Positions 34,980 through 47,339 of a stretch of DNA of 51,834 bases are shown in pieces; within the stretch, counting starts at the first letter, position 1; each line of letters begins with the position of its first letter. This DNA is from Octopus sinensis (Eukaryota), in the NCBI RefSeq assembly GCF_006345805.1, contig NW_021834012.1:1-51834 (forward strand). Direction: 5' to 3'. The translations under genes and the position numbers were made by a program. The notes below the pieces were generated by a model, which saw only the letters and a list, made by a program, of their open reading frames with translations, was not told the origin of the DNA and made no database searches.

Positions 34980-35620
34980 CTTTGAGCTCCATCTGTCTAC
35001 TTCGGCCTTTTCTTATTCATCTCCTTCTTCATCTCATTCTTCTTTCCTCTTCTTCTTCTTCTTTCTTCATCTTCTTCTTTCTTCATCTTCTTCTTGTTTC
35101 TTCATCTTCTTCTTCTTCATCTTCATCTTCTTTCTTCTTATTCTTCACATTCTTCTGCTTCCTCTTCTTCTTCTTTCCCTTTTTCTTCCTCTTCTCCTTC
35201 TTCTTTCACTTCTTTTTCTTTCCTTTCCTCTTCCTCTTTCTTCATCTTCTTTCTTCTTATTCTTCACATTCTTCTGCTTCCTCTTCTCCTTCTTCTTTCC
35301 TTTCTTCTTATTCTTCCTCCTCTTCTTCTTTCACTTCTTTTTCTTTCCTTTCCTCTTCCTCTTCTTTCCTTTCCTTTTTTCTTTTTCTATTTCTTCTTCT
35401 TTCCCCTCCTCTTCTCTTTCTTCTTTCACTTCTTTTTCTTTCCCTTCTTCTTTCTCTCTTCATTCTTCTTCTTCTTTCCCTTCTTCTTCTTCTTCTTCTT
35501 CTTCTTCTTCTTCTTCTTCTTCATCTTCTTCTTCTTCATCTTCTTTCTTCTTATTCTTCACATTCTTCTGCTTCCTCTTCTTCTTCTTTCCCATCTTCTT
35601 CAAAGACCATATATTTTTCT
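34980..35620. repeat. Polypyrimidine (CTT)n-rich tract with a thrice-repeated internal block
   Basis: TTTCTTCTTATTCTTCACATTCTTCTGCTTCCTCTTCT occurs near 35130, 35250 and 35545. Confidence 0.9.
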
Positions 35621-35872
35621 CCTTTTCAAAATGTTCCTTGTTCTGTTTTCTTCTGTTAATTCCTATGAAATTCTTTACCATCTCATATTCTTCTCATTTC
35701 TTCTGTTTTCCTTTTAAATTCCTACTTTTCCCAAATCCCACATCTTCTTCTCTTCTTCTGTCTATGCGCGTGTGTACGCACGCACCAAAACACACATACA
35801 CACATCTCTGTAAACATACATATATACGTATTTATATACACACACACATATATATATATATAAATTAATATA

Positions 35873-35913
<41 letters not shown>

Positions 35914-36242
35914 GTGTGTGTGTGTGTATAAACATATATTTAGATGCAAGCACTCATATATATTTGACATATATATATTATGTAGAAAATACACACATAT
36001 ACACATATATGTATACATCTTCATATATGTGTATGGATATTTGTGAAACAGTATAAGAATACACACATACACACATATATATATATATATATAATATATA
36101 TGCATTTCTCTCTCTTTAAATATATATGCATGTATGTATATAAATATATATATGTATGTGTTTATATAAGTATATATATATATATGTATACATTCATCTC
36201 CGTCTATATATATATGTATGTATATACGTGTATGTATGTATG

Positions 36243-36289
<47 letters not shown>

Positions 36290-36325
36290 ATGTACATACA
36301 CACATCAGAGACACATACATGTATG

Positions 36326-36359
<34 letters not shown>

Positions 36360-36645
36360 ATATGTGTGTGTGTGTGTATGTACATACACACATCAGAGAC
36401 ACATACATGTATCTTCAGACAGAGAGACTGATTGATTGATTGGTTGATTAGTCGATCGATTGATAGATTGATTGATTGGCTGATTGATTCTTTGATACAA
36501 ATGTAATGTATATATATATATATATATTATATATATACCTATGTATGCATAGATAGACAGACAGATAGATAGATAGATTGATAGATAGATAAATAGATAG
36601 ATAGATAGATAGACTGATTAATTGGTAGATAGATTGACAGATATA

Positions 36646-36721
<76 letters not shown>

Positions 36722-36838
36722 TATACATACATACATACATATTCATTATATACATACGTACACATACATATAATACTTACATACATGAATAGATATACAC
36801 ACATATATATAGACGCATGCTTCTGCACACGCGCGTGT

Positions 36839-36875
<37 letters not shown>

Positions 36876-37099
36876 TATATCCATTATTATCCACCAATAC
36901 AGTAGTGATTGTACTATTTCGTAGACCGTCTGAGATTACCAAGTAGATATTATCTACAAATGGATCCCAACGTTCTGCTGCCGGTACTTCTACTCTTACT
37001 ACTACTACTGCTACCGCTGCTGCTGCTGCTGCTGCTTCTATTACTATTAATGTCATTGCTATCACTTCTGGCTTCTGCTGCCTCTTTATTCAACATTAT

Positions 37100-37640
37100 T
37101 TTAGTTAAACACTGCTAAACTGCCAGAAACTGGTATTTTACTTATTATTACGGCATTCCAGTCCTACAAAATTGTTGTAAATTGATTTGTTTATTGCACA
37201 TTACGACAGACCAGTCCAGCTAAACTATCATAAATGCGTGCATTACGACAGTCCAGTCAAGTTAAACTGTCATAAATGGGTTTATTTCTTTTATACATTA
37301 CAACAGTCTATTTCTGTTACAATGTCATACACAGGTGTATTTATTGTGCATTACGACAGTTCACTCCTGTTAAGCTATCATAAACCGGTTTCTTTATTGA
37401 ATATTACGACAATCCAGTCCACCGAACCTAATATAATTCTGTATATTTATTGTACGTTACGGCAGTCCAGTGAAGTTAAACTACCATAAACAGGTGCTTT
37501 TATTTTACACTACGACAGTCAAATCCTGCTAAACTAGCATAAATACGTATATATATATATTAAGCATTACGACAGTCCAGTGCCACTAAACTGACAGAAA
37601 CTGGTACTGCATTCTATATTACGACAGTCAATCCGACATA
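37100..37640. repeat. Diverged minisatellite, unit about 53 bp, about 10 units
   Basis: Recurrent CATTACGACAGTCCAGTC..GTTAAACTATCATAAA with AT-rich linkers often ending TTTATTGYR. Confidence 0.9.
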
Positions 37641-37764
37641 TATTCGACTTCAGAAGAATTACATTCACGATATTTGTTTTCGTTTATTTTTTCTCGTTGT
37701 TTTATCGTCATCTTGATATTTTGTTGTGTTTTGTTTTTTTCTGCTTGTCACGTATTTTACGAAT

Positions 37765-38211
37765 TGTTTCTAATACTTTGGCGGAATTTCATCCGGATCC
37801 TAACGTTCTAAGTTCAAATCTCAGTGAATTTAACTTTGCCTTCCTTTATTATTATTATTTTATTTTTTTTTTTTTTTGGAAATTGATGAAATAAAGTACC
37901 TGTCAGCTCCAGGGCTCGATGGGGTCGTTTGGCCCCTTCCTAACAAAATTGCTGGCCTTGTACCTTAATCAAAAAACATTACTACTGTTTTTGATATTGT
38001 TTTTATTGTTGTTCAGGTTTATGTTTGTTATTTTGTTTGCCGTTGTTCTGCTTGTTGTTGTTGATGTTGGACCCAAGTCGACTAACTCTGAGATAAATAA
38101 AGTTATAGTCAAAAGCGTTCCGACTGTGACCATTACGACATATCTTTTTGTTTTAATTATCGACATCCAAATATATATATATATGTGTGTGAGTGTGTGT
38201 GTGTGTGTGTG

Positions 38212-38276
<65 letters not shown>

Positions 38277-38619
38277 TGTGTGTGTGTGTAGCTATTTGCG
38301 ACGCCAATGTCAGCTGGAATGGACACTGAAACACTATATCTATCGCGGACGGGTGTAATCGACTGTTATGTCTAACTGCAGACTTTTGTTCTTGACAAGG
38401 CAAAAAGGAGACAAAAATCACGTGACCTGGTTGTGTCGGCAATCGCAGTAGACGGCAATCTTCCGCCATCGATATAAACACGGGTGCTTTTATGCACCAG
38501 GGGCTCATATGAGAGGGTCTCTCATTGTAACTAACACAGATTTTTGCGTTCTAATGAAACTTCCACCTTTGAGTGGGGATAAATATTTTTTAGTATTAAT
38601 ACTTCTTCTGCCGTTATCA

Positions 38620-38685
<66 letters not shown>

Positions 38686-38880
38686 ATTATTATTATTATT
38701 ATCATCATCATCATCATCATCATAAGGCGTTAGGTCCTGAGTTCAAATTCCGCCGAGGTCAATTTTACCATCCATCCTTTCGGGATCGATGAATTAAGTA
38801 CCGGCGAATCACTGGGGTCGTTGTAATCGATCAGCCCCCTCCCCCAAAATTTCAGGCCTTGTGCCTTTAGTAGAAAGGAT
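37765..38880 (+). mobile_element. Two SINE B copies (37765-37980, 38724-38880)
   Basis: Family B motifs TTCTRAGTTCAAAT, TTTGCC/CATCCTTTCGGG, AAAATT..GGCCTTGT. Confidence 0.75.
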
Positions 38881-39636
38881 CACTGATATTATTATTGGCA
38901 ATATTATTATCAATATTATTATTATTATTATTATTATTATCATCATCATAAATGTTATTGGTATTATTATAATAATAATAATAATTATTATTATTATTAT
39001 TATTGATATTATTATTATTATAATTATTATTATTTAGTAAGAGATAGGGGGAGGCTTCCGTGTCAAAGACAAGCGACCAATTAATACTTGTGTTCCGTAT
39101 TTTATCGTTTCCTTTATTTTGTATTCTAAATTGTTGTTGAGAGAAAAAAAGCACAAATAAACAAAAAACAGAAACACTCACAAAAACAACCATAACACCC
39201 ACAACAACAATCTCAACAAGAACATCAACAATAATAATAGAGTGAAATTTCCAAGAAACATCTTATCTTACTCGCTTAAAAGGGCTCATTACGAACGAAG
39301 TGGCAATTTTAGACACTGTCTATCAGCCGTAAAAATCTATAATCTCTTCAGAAAGTCTGTGTGCTTATCAGAGGCAATAATTCGAAAGCTTACGAGATAA
39401 AACGGCTTTTGGACACGTGACTAAGTAGTTGATGTTATATAAAAAGACGTCTTGATCGTTTTTCTTCTTCGAAAGGAAATTCTTTAACTCTCTTCCTATC
39501 TCTCTATCTCTCTGTCCGTTTGTCTGTTTGTCTGTAGGTCTCTCTCTCTCTCTCTCCCTCTCTCTCCCTCTATTTTTACTCCTCCGCCCCCTCCCTTTCA
39601 TTCTCTTTTGCAGTCTTTCTTTTTTTTTGCAAGCTT

Positions 39637-39677
<41 letters not shown>

Positions 39678-39906
39678 GTGACTTCGAATCGTATCATCAG
39701 ATAAGTCGACAGCCCCCTAAAAAGAAAGACCGCGAGTTCAAATTTCTTGGCATATCATCATCATCACCATCATCATCATCTTCATCATCACCATCATCAT
39801 CATCATCATCATCATCATTATCATCACCATCACCATCATTATCATCATCATCATCATTATACTCATCATCATCATCATCATCATTTATCATCATAATCAC
39901 ACTCAC

Positions 39907-39939
<33 letters not shown>

Positions 39940-40590
39940 TATCATCATCATCATCATCATCATTATCATCATCATCAACGTCGTCGTCATCACCGTCGTG
40001 GTTGGCATCGTTAGCTTCATCTTCACCATCCTCGCCGTCACCTCCACCAGTAAGCTAACGATTACACAAGGGAGCCAAGCACTGAACACGCTAGAAATAG
40101 CAGCAACCTAACCTGTGACTTCGCATCGAACTTTCTCTTCAAAGACCTGGATTATTTAAACACGTACAAAGGTTAATTAATAGACGTGGAAGATAAAGAG
40201 AGCTCGAGTTACAAAAAGAGAAAAAGAATAAAAAAATACAACAAAGGAAGATGCTTTGGTCAAGGCTGGAACGCGTTTGGGCCATTGCAATGGCGATGGA
40301 AAAGCTTTGACACAGCATTGGCGTCGAATACCGGAATTGCAACAACAACAGCAACAACAGCAATAATAACAGAAACAGCAGAAACAAAATCAGCAATAGC
40401 ATCACCATCAGCAGCAGCAGCAGCAGCATCACCATCATCATCATCCTCATCACCATCATCATCATCATCATCATCACCATCATCATTATCACCATCATCA
40501 TCATCATCATCATAATCATCCTCATCACATCATCATCATCATCATCATCATAATCATCATCATCATCATCATCATCAACATCATCATCAT

Positions 40591-40629
<39 letters not shown>

Positions 40630-41201
40630 TATCATCATCGTCATCATATTCATCATCACCATAATTCAACTACTACTACTATTACTACTATTACTACTAC
40701 ACCGTTAATCCGGACACGTTTACTTTTTGAAGTTGATTTGTTTTGTTTTTGTTATTGTTTTTCTTCTAATATGTTTTTTTTTATTGTTCTTTTGTTTTTG
40801 GTTTTATTTAAACTTGGAACATTTCGGAGCCGGGAAAAATACCGCTTAGTCATGTTTCCAAATCTCGAAGGATTCCCACTGATCCCCCACTAATCTGTAA
40901 ACCATTATATAACGAACTCATACCTTACTTCTTTCAGTCATTAGACTGCGGCCATGCTGGGGCATAACTTTGTTGATTTTTGTCGAATGACTTCACTCCA
41001 GTGTTCTTCTGCAAAGCCACTAAATTGCGCGGACGTAAATAAACCAACACCGGTTGTCAAGCAGTGGTGGAGGACGATTTGCTTATTGCACATTACGACA
41101 GACCACTCCAGCTAAACTATCATAAATGTGTGCATTACGACAGTTCACCCCTGTTAAGCTATTGTAAACACAGACCCAAAGACAAACACACAACATGATA
41201 T

Positions 41202-41235
<34 letters not shown>

Positions 41236-41255
41236 ATATATATATACATATATAA

Positions 41256-41449
41256 GACATCAGACTCGGCAATGACACCCCAGTCACGCGTCATTTCTGC
41301 TCTACCGGTCATTCACCACAATACCTGTGTTCGGATTGTCTTTGCACAGGTGCCATCCGGACCTCCGCCTTCGCCGTGAACAACAATTAACTTCCTCTCT
41401 TCGCTCCTTTACATCACATGGGCTCAACTCCCCACCTTTCTTCATCTGA
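41256..41449 (+). pseudogene. C-terminus of a Penelope-like element GIY-YIG endonuclease, one frameshift
   Basis: DIRLGNDTPVTRHFCSTGHSPQYL / VFGLSLHRCHPDLRLRREQQLTSSLRSFTSHGLN matches the typical PLE pattern PVA.HF...GHS...R..REQ.L...L....GLN. Recognised from family knowledge, not searched. Confidence 0.75.
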
Positions 41450-41745
41450 CTCTACTCTTCTCCTCTCTTCATCTAACACACTTTCTCTCTTCACTCCTAC
41501 AGTCTTCTCTCTTCTCTCTTCTCTCGTCATTGAGTTTCACGTTCCCACTTGTCGGAAAGTTGTGATTGAGAATTCTCAGTCACAACTGTCCGACGATCTG
41601 GAAAGTGAAACTCTGAGTAGCAGGTTTTGTGATATTTTGTGATGCCTTTGCAGCTATAATAATATAGCATATTACTTTACCTCCGGCATTCGAGTACTAT
41701 TTATTCCCACATTGTTTCACATTTATGTGCTTACTCTGGTAAATG
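41450..41745 (+). mobile_element. Penelope-like element terminal repeat (pLTR); homologous fragment at 50695-50815
   Basis: Follows the GIY-YIG stop codon. Shares ATTCTCAG.C..AACT...CGACGA..GGAA..GAAACTCTGAGTA and TACCTCCGG...TGTGCTTACTCTG with 50695-50815. Confidence 0.75.
41581..41631 (+). ncRNA. Minimal type I hammerhead ribozyme in the pLTR
   Basis: CACAACTGT-CCGACGA-T-CT(GGAA)AG-T-GAAA-CTCTGAG-TA-GCAGGTTTTGTG: intact core, GUA site (cleavage after 41619), stem I CTGT/GCAG extended by CACAA/TTGTG. Confidence 0.75.
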
Positions 41746-41779
41746 CATATATGTAAATATATGTCTGTGTGTGTGTGCG

Positions 41780-41810
<31 letters not shown>

Positions 41811-41811
<1 letters not shown>

Positions 41812-42012
41812 GGGCGGCGAGCTGGCAGAAACGTTAGCACGCCGGGCGAAATGCGTAGTCGTATTTTGTCTGCCGTTACGTTCTGAGTTCAAATTCCTTT
41901 CGGGGTCGATAAATTAAGTACCAGTTACGCACTGGGGTCGATATAATCGACTTAATCGGTTTGTCTGTTCTTGTTTGTCCCCTCTGTGTTTGGCCCCTTG
42001 TGGCCAGTAAAG

Positions 42013-42016
<4 letters not shown>
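41811..42016 (+). mobile_element. Young SINE B2 with an internal deletion, flanked by (TA)n
   Basis: GGCGGCGAGCTGGCAGAAACGTTAGC...GAGTTCAAATTCC^TTTCGGGGTCGAT...CCCCTTGTGGCCAGTAAAGAAATA. Confidence 0.92.
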
Positions 42017-42059
<43 letters not shown>

Positions 42060-42603
42060 ATGACAGGCATCTTTCAGTTTCTGTCAACCAAATCAAATCA
42101 CAAGACTTTGGTCAGCCCCAGGCTGTAGAGTAAAAGACGGCTTCCCAAGATAGCAGACAGTGGAACTGAACCCAGAACAATGGGATTGAGAAGCAAGTGT
42201 CTTACCACACAGTCACTATGTCTGAATCACATCCAGTATGCCATCGATTGAACTCCATTGTGCTTACGAGAGAGTAAGGGAGAAGGAAGAGGAGAGAGAT
42301 GAAAGCCAATATTTGACCCTTGATGGGATTTGTTTTTGGTTAAGAAGATAAAGGATTGTTAGTAAATACCAAGAGGCATTTGATCCAACTGCTCTACATA
42401 TACTGCCAGTCGTCTGCTGGCCCCCAATAAAGGTCGATATCGGTGTGCGACACTGTCGATGTTATAAAACAGGTGACAGAAGCGTTTCCTCGAGACATGT
42501 TTCGAATTCTTCAAATGGTAAATGGTTCTTCATCGATTCAGTGGTAAGAAAGAGATCGAATTATTGCCTTTTATATTCTGCAGCGGACCAATGTTTCAAA
42601 GAA

Positions 42604-42646
<43 letters not shown>

Positions 42647-42706
42647 CGTATGTATACATACATACGTACGTACGAACAAACGCACACAGATCACCAAACA
42701 TGATGC

Positions 42707-42739
<33 letters not shown>

Positions 42740-42816
42740 TATATATATATATAAATACATATATATTTATATATAAACATATATATACATTTATATATAC
42801 ATATATATATATATAC

Positions 42817-42853
<37 letters not shown>

Positions 42854-43007
42854 AATGCATACATATATATATATATATATACGTCTAATATATGTCTATG
42901 TGCTTGTGTGTGTGAGTGTGTGTGAATGTATGTGCATGTGAGTGTGTGCGCGTGTGTCTGTATCTGTGTTAATGTGTGTATACATACATAGACGCGCAGA
43001 ATGATGC

Positions 43008-43059
<52 letters not shown>

Positions 43060-43206
43060 TACAGACAGACAGGCAGGCAGACTGCCAGTAATATGTATAT
43101 ATAGATAGGCAGATAGATAGATATATAGATAGGTAAATAGGTAGGTAGGTAGGTAGGTAGGTAGGAGGTAGGTTGATAGATAGATAGATAGATAGATAGA
43201 TATATA

Positions 43207-43238
<32 letters not shown>

Positions 43239-43844
43239 TAGTATCCATGAGAGCCTGTGTTCCGAGCTTCCACTTTAGGCCAAGTGACTTTTTAACCAGC
43301 TGTTACATACATACAATTATATTTATCGACTAACTTACATTCTTTTGTCGTTTATTTACCATTTTCTTATTCTCTCAGTCTTGTTCGGATGGGTTTTATT
43401 TAATAAATTTTATATTGGTCTCCATGTTCTGTTTTTCTTTTTGCTATTGTTTATTATTTTTTATTTTTCCTTTTGTCTTTTCCTCTTCTTCTTTTTTCTT
43501 CTTCTTCTTCTTCCTACTTTGTTTTGGTTCTGTGTGGAACACATGTTGCTTGCTTGCTTCCATTTGCTTGCTTCCTTTTGCTTGCTTGCTTGCTTCCTGG
43601 TTTACAGGTACTCGTACATGATAGCTGTATATAAAGCTGCCACCTACTCTCTCTCTCTCTTTCTATCTCTCTCTCTTTCTCTCTCTCTCTTTCTTTCTAC
43701 TCTCTATATCTACGTATATATATATATATATATATCTTTCTCTACCACTATACGTATATGTCTCTATCTACCTCTCTCTCTCTCTCTATCTCTTTGTATC
43801 TCTTTGTATATCCATCGTATCTGTCTGTGTATGTATATGTTTGT

Positions 43845-43957
43845 GCGCTAAGTTATGGGGACGTAAAGACACCAACATCGGTTGTCAAGTGATGGTAGGA
43901 GGATAAAGACAGGCACAAATACATAAATATACACATACACACACGCACGCACACATA

Positions 43958-44007
<50 letters not shown>

Positions 44008-44576
44008 ACACACACACACAATATATATATATATATATATATATACGAAGCGCTTCTTTCAGTTTTCGTCTACTAAATCCACTCACATGGCTTTGGTCGG
44101 CCCAAGGCTATAGTAGAAGACCTGGAGGCGCGATGACCCAGTAGTTAGGGCAGCAGACTTGTGGTCGTATGATCGCGGTTTCGATTCCCAGACCGGGCGT
44201 TGTGTGTGTTCCTTGAGCGAAAATAGGGGGGCGGATGGCGAACCCTGCCCTACTCTTTCACTACAACATAATCTCAGTCTTTTTTCCCGTTTCCCTTGTG
44301 CCTGTATTTCGAAGGGGCCGCCTTGTCACACTCTGTGTCACGCTGAATCTTCCCGAGAACTACGTTAAGTATACACGTGTCTGTGGAGTGCTCAGCCACT
44401 TGCACATTAATTTCACGAGCAGGTTGTTTCCTTGATCGAATTAACTGGAACCCTCGTCATCATAACCGACAGAGTGCCACGACTGTAGAAGTCATTTGCT
44501 GAAGGTGCCACGCAGTGGGACTGAACCCGGAACCATGTGATAGCAAGCAAGCCTCTTACCATACAGCCACGCCTGA
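43845..44576 (-). mobile_element. SINE family A interrupted by the SINE at 44122-44484
   Basis: Host sequence ...GGCTATAGTAGAAGAC resumes as GTAGAAGTC..GGTGCCACGCAGTGGGACTGAACCCGGAACCATG. Confidence 0.88.
44122..44484 (+). mobile_element. tRNA-derived SINE with a family D head and a family C 3' half
   Basis: Head GGAGGCGCGATGACCCAGTAGTTAGGG..GGTTTCGATTCCCAGACCGGGC matches minus 7810-7900; 3' half matches 22100-22280; TSD GTAGAAG(A/T)C at 44113-44121 and 44485-44493. Confidence 0.9.
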
Positions 44577-45310
44577 TTGTACACTTTTAGAATGACATTG
44601 TAGGGCTTGTGTGGGAGGCTAGACTTGGACAGTTCGAGCATAAAACACGTAGGATATTTGAACCGGATATGGCCGGATTAAGTGCTTAATATTTGAGCTT
44701 TTACAAAATCGGGTCCTTAAGTGATGAAGACTCTCTTACTCTGTTTTCCTTTATCTAACTCTGTTGCTGTATAAAAGTCCTTCTTTTCTCTACCCTCTCC
44801 TTTTTCAGTTCTCCCTGATTCTCCCTATCTCCCTCCCTCTCTCTCTCTCTCTCACTCTCAATTATGCACTAATTCCACTCCCTCTGGTAACCTCATTCTT
44901 TGTTCCTAACCAACAGGCACTCCCTATTTACCATCGCCCTCTCCTCCTCTCTGGTGCCATCTACTTCAGAAATAACATCGGCAATCGCAACCATTAGCAC
45001 CGCCGCCATTCGAACTCTCCTCAACCCACTTCCTACTTCACAATCATAACTGCAGCCACCGCTTCACTAACCACAACGCCGCCGACACCACCTAAACAAA
45101 TACCACCAATCCCGCCGCCACCACCACCACCACCATCAACCATAACAACAACGATAGTAACAAGAACGAGGACAACACTACAAACTAACATGGCGTCGGC
45201 AGCCCACCTTCCATCGAGAAAAATCGTCAACTCCATCACCAACCATTACAACTATTGTAATACTGATACAATGCTAATGTTACTAAGACTAATATTGGTA
45301 TTAAATTGTG

Positions 45311-45822
45311 GCATAGGGACAGCGAATTTAGGGAGACATAAGTCAGTCACATCCACCCCGGTATTCGACTGGTACTTATTTTATCGACTGCGAAAGTATT
45401 AAAAGCAAAGTTAACCTCGGCGGGATTTGAACTCAGAACGTGAGCTCTTTGGTGGCTGATGGTATGTGTATCTCTGATCACGAGCAGAAGTAGTGGGGGA
45501 GAAACATAGCTATGTGTTGAGAGGAATTCTTAAGGGGTTGAATAACACCCCTGGAAACATAGGTGTTTCATGCAACATCCTTACACAACCCTTATTCGAA
45601 GACTATTTGCGTGGAATGGGCTACTCGACCTGAAGAAAATTCAAACTGGGCCCCATCTGGAAAGTCAAGCGCTGTTTATCTTGACATGAGATAACCATGC
45701 CGCGTATGTATATGATGCATGTGCCTGATGAACCCTTATCAGACGGGTTGTCATGACGAGTATACTGGGCTTCGTATATTTTCCCCAGGTGTCACTTTGA
45801 AGGCATGCACTGCTCTCTCACT

Positions 45823-45858
<36 letters not shown>

Positions 45859-46087
45859 TAGTAATAATAATAATAATCTTTTCCTGTATAGGCAGAAAGT
45901 TTGAAATTCAGGCAATGGGGTTAGTCGATTAGATCGACCCCAGTATTCAACAGGTACTTATTTTATCGAGCCCGAAAGGAGTAAAGGCAAAGTTCACCTC
46001 TGTGGGATTTGAACTCAGAACTTGAAAAACGGACAAAATGCCCATAAGCATATTTTCCGACCCGCTAACGATTCTGCCAGCTTCCGC
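45311..46087 (-). mobile_element. Two SINE B copies (45311-45441 partial, 45879-46087) flanking the family E copy
   Basis: ACTGGTACTTATTTTATCGA, GGATTTGAACTCAGAAC, CGATTCTGCCAGC. Confidence 0.8.
45451..45877 (+). mobile_element. Short retroposon family E, 5'-truncated, with (AAT)n tail
   Basis: Inverted homologue of 5545-5989; (AAT)n tail at 45824-45877. Confidence 0.8.
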
Positions 46088-46349
46088 TGCTCTGCTATTA
46101 ATACTAATATTAATACACAAATGATATTAGGTCGGTACTCAAACATCTTCCACCCTACCCCCACCACCACCACCAGGGCCACTACAAATACCACTAATAC
46201 TATCACCGCAGCTACTACCATGCTCCCACAGTATCCACAACCCCCAGCAACAGCAACAACAATAACAACAACAACACTATCGCGTCACACCTTCCTCGCT
46301 CTTTCTTTACGTATCAATCGACTTCGATTTCTTCTATCGTCCTAATTTC

Positions 46350-46760
46350 CCCCCACCCCCTCAAGTTCTCCTCCACCCTCTCTCCCTTCTCCTCTACATC
46401 TACCTCTTCTCCACCCCCACCCACCCCCCTTTCGCCTCCACCTCTTTCTCTACTGCTTTACCTTCTCCTTTCTCCTCCTCCACCTCCTCCCTCATCTCCT
46501 CCACTTCCTCCTCTTTTCCTCCACCCCTCCCCTTCTTCACCACCTCCTTCCCTACTCCTTTACCTCCTCCTCTCTCCGCCACCACCTCTTCTCTCCGCCA
46601 CCTCCTCCCCTTCTTCTCCACCTCCACCACCTCCCTTCTAACTCATCCGCTTACCCACTCCCATCTTAATCCTCTTCCATCGACGCTCCCCACCACCACC
46701 ACCACCACCACCACCAACTCCCTCACTCATCCCACCGCCCCCACCGCTTTATCATCTTTA
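46350..46760. repeat. C-rich low-complexity tract, (CCT/CCA)n
   Basis: Strong C/T strand bias, directly visible. Confidence 0.85.
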
Positions 46761-46998
46761 TTCATTTAATTGCAGCATATGACTCTCTCCTCCTCCTTCT
46801 CTCTCCAACCTCTCCCACCCCACCCCCCGTCAAACCTCGATCTCTAATTTTTTTTTCTTCATTTCTCAATGGTGAAGCCGAACTCCTGAAGGAGCACCCC
46901 CTTCAAGAGACACTCCATCGAGCATGAAACATTCTCAAGATTCCAATACCTGAACCGACTAATTAACAAACCCTTAATTATTCACAGTAACACACACA

Positions 46999-47032
<34 letters not shown>

Positions 47033-47339
47033 ACACATACAAACACACACATTTATATACACTCACGTGCACCGGGGAAAAGTTTTCCAGGTTCCCCTTC
47101 AGCTTGAAGAACAAATATTTAAGTAGGCATCCATCATATTAAACGCAGGTATTCACCAACCAACCTATAAAAATCCCTGGGACGCCTTCTCCGTGAGAAA
47201 CGAATAGTTAAGGCTATGGTAATATACTTTATAGAAGGAGCTACAGAGATAAAGAATCTTGAAATTGCCTTCAACTTAAATGAAATAGTGACAAACATAA
47301 AAAATGAAGTGAATCGCATACACGTGCATACACAAAAAA

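Larger units (their letters stand above)
40922..42216 (-). mobile_element. SINE family A split by nested inserts: tail 40922-41190, head 42061-42216
   Basis: Tail CTTCTTTCAGTCATTAGACTGCGGCCATGCTGGGGC..CCGGTTGTCAAGC; head TCTTTCAGTTTCTGTCAACCAAATC..GAACTGAACCCAGAAC..CTTACCACACAG; PLE remnant and SINE B2 lie between. Confidence 0.65.

Noticed and set aside
34969-35868. Longest ORFs in the track (299, 225 and 207 aa)
   Set aside because: Translations of the (CTT)n tract; overlapping frames are all open because stops are absent. No coding evidence.
37100-37640. CRISPR-like look: a motif of about 36 bp with short intervening segments
   Set aside because: The repeats are strongly diverged, the linkers are short (about 5-20 bp) and related to each other, there are no cas genes, and the context is eukaryotic. 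It is a minisatellite.
38418-38426. TCACGTGAC CLEAR/E-box motif in a CpG-containing island
   Set aside because: A single short motif with no accompanying promoter evidence; expected by chance in 52 kb.
42494-42514. Minus-strand TTGAAGA-ATTC-GAAACATGTC
   Set aside because: Core C3 is lost, stem II has collapsed and there is no stem I pairing. At best a dead remnant.
45725-45745. CTGATGA in the family E copy
   Set aside because: The other copy has CTGGTGTG at this position and no GAAA follows. Chance mutation.
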